Source: Dictyostelium discoideum
Lineage: Eukaryota
NCBI GenBank assembly: GCA_000004695.1
Contig: CM000154.2
Span: 512,001 to 576,000, forward strand
DNA length: 64,000 nt
Direction of reading: 5' to 3'
The translations under genes and the position numbers were made by a program. The notes under the pieces are model-generated. The model ran no database searches. It had not been told where the DNA came from and worked only from the letters and a program-made list of their open reading frames with translations. Positions 51,601 through 64,000 of the stretch are shown here, piece by piece (the stretch's first letter is position 1; each line of letters starts with the position of its first letter).

Positions 51601-52227
51601 TAGCGCCACCATTGCCACCATCCTCTGATCTCATCAATGCTTGATTGGAATAAAATATACAATCTGAAATGGTTATATTCGATAAAACTGTGAAAATTGC
51701 ACCACCATTTCTTCCTTTATTATTTGAAAATACACAATTTGAAATATAGACTTTACTATATACAATTTGTAATGCTCCACCAGTTCCAATATAATAATTC
51801 AATGTTAAATAATCTAATTTGTCATCGGAATAATCGGTTAATGTCTCTGGTACATATAATGGGAATTCATTTTTTTTAACTTTACAATTATCAAATGTGA
51901 TTCCTCTAATTATTAAATTTGAATTATATGATATAACTCCTCTTGTCCCTTTATGAGTTGTTATTATTATTTTTTTATTTTCACCAATTCCAATTAAATT
52001 AATTCCAACTTGAAAATCTATAATTATAATTGAAGATGATAGGTTATAAATACCAGGTGAAAAATAAAATGTTGAATTAAAATTTTTATCAACTCTTGAA
52101 TTATTAAATAAATAACCTATATTCTTACATGGTGATTTAAAATTACCACATAATTCATTATCAAATCCTTCATTTGATAAATAAAAAAATTCTATTTATA
52201 AAGATAAAAATATTATTAAAAAATTTT

Positions 52228-52285
<58 letters not shown>

Positions 52286-52384
52286 TTTTAATTTTTTTAT
52301 TTTTTGATTTTAAATCTTACTATTTTCGGTGCTGTATATTAATTTTAAAATTAAAACCAATATTAAAATACAATGAAATTTCAT
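48544..52384 (-). CDS. Paralog 2 of the PMP-repeat beta-helix + 7-TM protein; exon 1 52384-52321 (signal peptide MKFHCILILVLILKLIYSTEN), exon 2 52191-48544 (interrupted by the N100 gap)
   Basis: The 994-aa track ORF begins at a TTG. The frame stays open upstream to 52193. An ...ATAAATAG acceptor there and a GTAAGA donor at plus 52315-52320 link it to an ATG at 52384 that encodes a signal peptide. Repeats include NGGAIFTV, NGGAIFFG, FSNN, FYSN and FKNN. Seven TM helices are followed by the tail 'FRRKQIVSTLKKTIETQERDIQRNKDLLIFYKMF'. The frame continues across the gap to a TGA at 48544-48546 (inferred). Confidence 0.6.
48821..48920. other. Assembly gap (100 N)
   Basis: Run of exactly 100 N characters. 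Confidence 1.
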
Positions 52385-52755
52385 TATGTGACATTGAATC
52401 ACATGTTAAAAATTATTGAATTAATTTCTTTTTTTTTTTTTATATTAAGTTTTTTTTTTTTTTTAATTATTTTCTATATAATATTATACATTTAAATAAT
52501 TTAAAATGTTTTAAGAAATAAAAAAAAAAAAAAAAAAATTATAATTATAATTTAAAGAAAAACATGTTGGTGATGAACTAGTTAAAAAGTAGTTTTTTTT
52601 TTTTTTTTTTATTTTTTTTTTTTTTTTAATTATTTTTTAGAATACAAATGTTTGAGAATTATGACAAACAACTGATCCAATTAAAAAATGATTTAACCAC
52701 GTGAAAAAAAAAATATTTATTTTATAAACCTCACATATATTTCTCATAATTACCA

Positions 52756-52791
<36 letters not shown>

Positions 52792-53386
52792 ATAAAATAA
52801 AAATAAATTACTTATTAAATAATTTTTTAAAAACTTTTTTTTAATATCTTTGCAATATATTTTTTTTGATTTTTTTTTTTTTTTTTTTTCTAATATCTAT
52901 TTTTTTCCTTTTAAAATAAATTAATTTTTTTTTTTTTTATTTTTTTTTTTTAAATACTAAAGAATAATCTCATTGGATGTTTTGTAATTTTAATAGATTC
53001 AATGAAAAAGATGATGATATTTATGTTAGTAAATTATTATGTCATATGATCATTTTTATTCATAATAAGCTAAACTTAAAAACCTCTTGGTTGAAATTTA
53101 ACTAAAAATTAACCAATGAATTTAATTTATTTGCAAATAAGTTCACAACAAATTTAATTGAATTAATATCTAAAAAAAAAAAAGTGCAAATTTACAATGA
53201 TTTAAAAAAAAAAAAAAAAAAAAAAATATCTGGAAAGAAAAAATGTGCAAATTATGCAAATTTAAATGATTAAAGTGGGTGAAAAAAAAAAAAAAATAAT
53301 AATAATAATATCTCCAAAAAAATGGGCTCAAAATGCAAATTTAACAATGAGAAAAGGCAATTTTTTAAATAGTTAATTTCAAAACC

Positions 53387-53439
<53 letters not shown>

Positions 53440-53547
53440 ATAAAAAATCACATTCAACAAATCTTTGACCAATAGATTCGAAATTTTTGCAAATAAAAGA
53501 TCTTTTTTTATTTTTTTATTTTTTCCTTTTTTTTTTATTTATTTTTT

Positions 53548-53584
<37 letters not shown>

Positions 53585-53808
53585 CCTATTTAATTTTATT
53601 TTATTTTTTTTCTTTATTATTAAAAATTTTAAATAATTCTTCTTTATCTTTATTAAAATATACATTAAAAGGCCACTTTAAATAATTAAATTTTAAATAT
53701 AATTTCAATAGTCACTGCTATTTTATTAATATATAATTCAGTCCAATTACAACAGATATCTGTAAAAATAACTTTTTTAAATTTGTATTTTATTTTTTCA
53801 TAAAAACC

Positions 53809-53862
<54 letters not shown>

Positions 53863-53948
53863 CTATCAATTAATAATATTTTGGGTTTTAAATTTATTTA
53901 AAAATAACATCATAAAATCGTTAATTCTAATAATTTGGTATCCAATAG

Positions 53949-53985
<37 letters not shown>

Positions 53986-54164
53986 AACCTTTAATAGGTT
54001 AAAATAATTTTAATTTAATTTTTATTTTTAATATTTAATTTTTTTTTTTTTTTTTTTTTTTTTCTTCTCCAAAACAACTTGTTTAAATAATTATTTTATT
54101 CCAGACCAAAATCAAATCTTTTTTTTTTTTTTTTTGTATTTTTTATTTTTTATATTCTTGTAAC

Positions 54165-54196
<32 letters not shown>

Positions 54197-54251
54197 CAAT
54201 TATTATTTATTTAATTATAATTGTAACATTATTTAAAAATTAAATTATCAA

Positions 54252-54579
54252 ATGAATAATATCAACATCAATAACAATAATAATAATATTACTAAAAAAA
54301 ATATTAATAAAAACAACAATCATAAAAAATATTACGATGTTTTAATTGTTGGTTGTGGTCCAAATGGAGCACTATTAGCAAATTTCCTTGGAGAAATGGG
54401 AATTAAAACATTGGTTGTGGAATGTGCCAAAACTTTTACTCAAGTCCCAAGAGCTGCACATTTAGATGATGAAGGTTTAAGAATTTTAAAAAGAATTGGA
54501 TTGGATGAAGAAATTTTAAAACAATCATTTGTAAGTAAATTTTAAAAAAAAAAAAATTTGACTAGAAAATTAATTAATC

Positions 54580-54635
<56 letters not shown>

Positions 54636-56397
54636 AAAGCAACTTGATGTTAAATTTAATAAAACATTTTGTAGTGGTAATTTAACATCAATTAAACCAG
54701 AAAATACTGAATTAAATTTTCCAAGATCAATTTTTTGGTTTCAACCAAAATTTGAAGAAACAATTAGAAATGGTTTCTTAGAAAGATATTCAAATTGTGT
54801 TGATTTAATTACTGATTGTAGAGTTGTTTCAATTGAAAAAGAGAAATTCAATATTGATGATGGTGATAACCAAGATGAAGAAAATCAAATTAAATTAAAT
54901 AATATTAAAATTGAAAATCTTACAACTGGTGAGATATCAAATTTAAAGAGTAAAATTATAATTGGTGCTGATGGTGGTAATAGTTTTATAAGAAAATCAA
55001 TTGCTAGTAAAATGGAAGGTTCCAGTAGTAAACAAAGATGGTTAGTAGTTGATGCCAAAATTGATAAAGATCATCCACCATTGCCACATTATTTTCAATT
55101 TATTTGTAATCCATCTAGACCTGCTCTAACTTTACCAATTCCACCAAACCATTATCGTTGGGAATTTTTAATAAATGAAAACGAAAAATCTGAAGAAATG
55201 GAGAAACCAGAGATTCTAAACCCACTCTTACAAAGTCATGGTGCTGATATAAGCAAATTGGAAATCATTAGAAAAGCATGCTACGTGTTCCAAAATAGAA
55301 TTGCTGACAATTGGTACAACGGCGACACCACATTACTCATTGGAGATGCTTGTCATTTGGTTCCCCCATTTCTAGGTATGGGCATTTCTAGTGGCTTTAG
55401 AGATGTTCAAAATATTGCATGGAAAATAGAACTATTTTTAAAAGGTGTAATTTCAAATCACCAAACACTCTTCTCATCCTACCAAATTGAAAGACAGCCA
55501 AACATTGAAAATATCACTGAAAAAGCTACACATGCTGGAGAAATGATTATGATTACCAATAGATACAAAGCATTTCTTCGTAATCTTTTATTATCAACTT
55601 TACTTTCATTCCCATCAATCGAAAAATTATTTCATAACAAAGCCGGTATGAAACCACCAAATATTATCAAACATGGGCTAATTGATTCAACTTCATCATT
55701 AACAACTCTACAATCCAATACATTCAAAATAAATATAATCGGTCAATCAATTCCTCAACCTTTTGTTAAATTAATTAACAAACAAATCAAACAACAATCA
55801 AATGAAATTTTATTAGATGAAGTTTTAGGTAATGGTTTCAGTTGTTTATTCTTTAATTTCAATAAAAATGATAAAAATTGTGAATTTAATAAATTGGTTT
55901 CAAAAATTATTTCAAATCAAGTTTTTAAAATTTTAAAAACAAATTTTATTCAAGTTATTGGAAATAATCAAAAATATTCAAAATTATTCACAAAATCATC
56001 ATCCTCATCATTATCATCCTCTTTATCAATTATATTGGATGATTCAAAAGAATCATTATTTAAATTCATTTTTAATAATAATAATTCTAATAATCAAACA
56101 CTTGAACCAACAATAGTAATAATTAGACCTGATAAATTTATATTTGGAGTTTATCAAAATGTAAATTTAAAAAGTTCAAAAATTATATCATCAATTACAA
56201 GTATATTAAATATTAACTATAATTATGCTTTCAATTATGATAATATTAATTTTACCAATAATAATAATAATAACACCACTGGTGGTAGTGCAAGTGAAAG
56301 TGAAAATTCTTTCAATAGTCATGTTCATAGTGGTAATAGTTTAGGTGACATAAGTGGTGATGATAATAATTCTGATATTTTAGAAGAATTTAATTAA
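54252..56397 (+). CDS. FAD-dependent aromatic-ring monooxygenase, bacterial PheA/TfdB/MhpA-type; exons 54252-54530 and 54640-56397
   Basis: The N-terminus 'YDVLIVGCGPNGALLANFLGEMGIKTLVVECAKTFTQVPRAAHLDDEGLRILKRIGL' aligns closely with MhpA/PheA (GxGxxG plus 'PRA..IDDE.LR'). 'IIGADGGNSFIRK' is the DG motif and 'LLIGDACHLVPPFLGMG' the GDAxH motif. A GTAAGT donor at 54531 and an AAAAAAAAG acceptor (AG at 54638-54639) are in phase 0. The Ser/Asn-rich C-terminal extension is typical of Dictyostelium. Confidence 0.8.
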
Positions 56398-56672
56398 TTA
56401 ATTAATTAATTAATTATTGTATTTTTAAAAAAAAATAAAAAAATAAAAAAATTGTAAAACTAATAATAATTAAAAAATCAAAAAATATACAAATTTTAAA
56501 ATAATTTATTCATTTTAATAAACCAAAGGTATCCCCCACCCTATTTTTTTTTTAATTTTTATTTTTATTTTTAAATTTTTTTTTGGTTTTACCACTTTTT
56601 TATTGATAGAATTGAATGTATGTAAAAGATTATTTTTTTTTTCTTTTTTGAATCTAGATAACGTAAATATTT

Positions 56673-56711
<39 letters not shown>

Positions 56712-57374
56712 TAATAGGTTAGTAGTTTGCAGTTATTTTTTTTTTTTTATTTTTTTTTTTTTTAATATTAGTTTTTAAATAATTTGGTTTTTTAATTAAA
56801 ATTTTAACTTTTTAAAATTACTTTTTAAAATTACTTTTTTCTTTTCTTTTTTTTTTTTTTTTTTTTTCCTCTAATTCATTGTTGCTATTGTAATTTTATA
56901 TTTACACATTTATTCATTTTATTAAACAAAACCCGAATAGATAAATAAAAAAAATAAAAATAAAAAAAAAATAAAAAAAATAAAAAAAAATAAAAAAAAA
57001 AGATTTTTTTTAATAAAATTAATTTTATTTAATTTTTATTTTTTTTTTTTTTTTTTCAAATTTTTATTTCACACACACTTATATATATATATACATATAG
57101 GAAATTTGCTATTTGCTATTTGCTATTTGTTATTTACTATTTGCTTTTGTTTTTTTTTTTTTTTGGGTTTTTTTTTTTTTTTTTTTTTTTTCCTCTCTCT
57201 ATTTCACCCATTTTAAATCACTTAATAAAAAAAAAAAACAATATTAACAATTCACCTAAAAATAGTATATAATAATAATAAAATCCAATTCAAAAAAAAA
57301 AAATAATAAAAAATCCAATTACAATTTCTAAAACTTTGTTAAATTCCTAAACTATATTAAAACTTTTTTTAAAA

Positions 57375-60151
<2,777 letters not shown>

Positions 60152-60247
60152 AATAAAAAAAAGAAAAGCAAAAAAATAAAAAAAAAAGTCATAAAAAAAA
60201 ACATGAATTTAATAAACAAGTTTTTTTGATTTTCTTGGAAGATTTTA

Positions 60248-60297
<50 letters not shown>

Positions 60298-61107
60298 TAA
60301 ATAATAATAATAATAAAAATAAATAATAATAATAATAAAAATAAATATATATAATAAAAAAAAAAAAAAAGAAAATAGTAAAAAAAAATAATAATAATAA
60401 TAATAATAAAAATAATAAAAAAAAAAAAAAAAGAAGAAAAGTAGAAAATAAATCTCAAAAAAACAGAATACAATATTAACACCCCCCCAAAGTGGTGTAG
60501 AGAAAAAAAAAAAAATTCACCCACCCAAACACAAAAACAGTACACACAACAAATAGATCTAGAACATCCTTTCCATTTTTGTATATAAATCCAAAAATAA
60601 AATTAAAAAAAAAAATAAAAAAAAAAATAAAACAGATTGGTAAACTTCCTGTTGTGCACTTATATTATTGCTATTTTTATTTTATTAATTCCCATTTGCA
60701 TTCTCGAACTTTATAAACTGCCAAAAAATAAAAATAAAAAAATAAAAAAATTATATTTTTTTTAATTTTTTTTTATTTTAATTTTTATATCACATCATTC
60801 AGCGCTGCAACACAACTTTATTATTTTTGTTTTTTTGTTTTTTATTTTATTTTTTTTTAAATATATTTGTTTCTTTTTTTTTTTGTTTTTATTAAACTGT
60901 ATAAATTTTATTTTTTTATTTATTAATTTTATTTTTTATTTATTTATTTATTTTATTTATTTATTTATTATATTTATTTATTTATTATATATTTTAGTTA
61001 ATTAATTGTTTATTTATTTTGTTATCATTTTTTTTTTGTAATGTTTTTTTTTTTTTGTAATGTTTTTTTTTTTTTTTTTTCCTTTCTCAAAACACATCTT
61101 TAATTAA

Positions 61108-63371
<2,264 letters not shown>

Positions 63372-63636
63372 AATTAAAAAAAAAAAAAAAATTATTTATT
63401 TATTCTAATATTTATAATTTAAAGCAGATTCCATTATTTTTATTATTTGTTTTTTCATTCCTTTTTTTTTACCCCCAATAAAAACCCCAATAAATATTTT
63501 TTTTTTTTTAATTTTTTGTGGTTGTAAAATAAGGAAATAGTATTTGAATAATTTTTTTTTTTTACTTTTTTTTTCTTTTTATTTTTTATTTTTTTATTTT
63601 TACCATCTATTGAAATTAAGATTAACATCAATAAAA

Positions 63637-64000
63637 ATGAAAATTAATTTAATAGCATATTTTGTTTTAATAGTTTCTATAATTACTGTAGTTAAATCAG
63701 GTAATTTATTTATTAATTTTATTATTATTTTATTTATTTTTTATATATTTATTTATTAATTAACATTTGAAAAATAAAAAATAGAATCACCAATTATAAA
63801 ATCATGTTCACATGATTCACAAACAAATATGGTATTTTTAAAAGGGAAATGGCAAAGTAACAAGGGTATTCATGTTGTTATTAATGGTAAAACAGTAAAA
63901 ACAAGATTGTATAATTGGGGTAGAAATGAAGGTGATGATAGTTCAGATATGACAATATATGATGTACCAGTCGATATACTTGGTGAATCTGTTTCAATAT
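63637..64000 (+). CDS. Secreted protein, 5'-partial in window (exon 1 63637-63700 encodes signal peptide MKINLIAYFVLIVSIITVVKSG; exon 2 from 63785 runs off the window end)
   Basis: ATG at 63637. Donor GTAATT at 63701 (phase 1). Acceptor AAAAATAG ends at 63784. Exon 2 'ESPIIKSCSHDSQTNMVFLKGKWQSNKGIHVVINGKTVKTRLYNWGRNEGDD...' is open to the end of the window. Confidence 0.45.

Noticed and set aside
51802-52191. Apparent N-terminal truncation of the 994-aa ORF at 51802
   Set aside because: The 'M' is a TTG. The frame is open upstream to 52193 with no ATG, so I extended the gene to an upstream signal-peptide exon rather than accepting the track start.

Overview
This is AT-rich (~78% A+T) eukaryotic nuclear DNA with the hallmarks of Dictyostelium discoideum or a close dictyostelid. 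It has long A/T homopolymers and (AAT)n/(ATTTT)n microsatellites, poly-Asn/Gln/Ser tracts inside ORFs, short spliceosomal introns (GTAAGT or GTATGT donor, T-rich tract plus AG acceptor), FNIP-repeat and Dicty_CTDC proteins. The ORF track accepts TTG/GTG/CTG starts, so several track 'M' residues are really Leu or Val. I re-derived starts and exon junctions by reading the sequence.

I can support about 25 protein-coding genes. From left to right they are:
- a prolyl-4-hydroxylase-like 2OG oxygenase;
- a cluster of tiny two-exon genes encoding ~30-aa peptides that begin MGxxxS;
- a coiled-coil protein;
- an FNIP-repeat protein;
- two tandem ABCC (MRP-type) ABC transporter paralogs, one with a 135-bp in-frame deletion removing the NBD1 H-loop;
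- an ADP-dependent glucokinase;
- DSS1/SEM1;
- U4/U6 snRNP Prp4;
- a Myb/SANT protein with an RS domain;
- eIF2D/ligatin;
- a secreted Dicty_CTDC cysteine-rich protein;
- an NAD-dependent epimerase/reductase;
- a poly-Q hypothetical protein;
- a large WD40 plus alpha-solenoid protein;
- a lipase-maturation-factor (LMF) homolog;
- a secreted SGNH (CE2-like) esterase;
- two tandem paralogs fusing Chlamydial-PMP-like beta-helix repeats to a C-terminal 7-TM domain;
- a bacterial-type FAD monooxygenase (PheA/MhpA family);
- seipin;
- an RI-type LRR protein;
- a partial secreted protein at the right edge.

Other content: a ~95-bp dispersed repeat occurs four times, twice as an inverted pair flanking the glucokinase gene. 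There is a 100-N assembly gap at 48821-48920 inside a gene. I found no tRNA, rRNA or CRISPR features.
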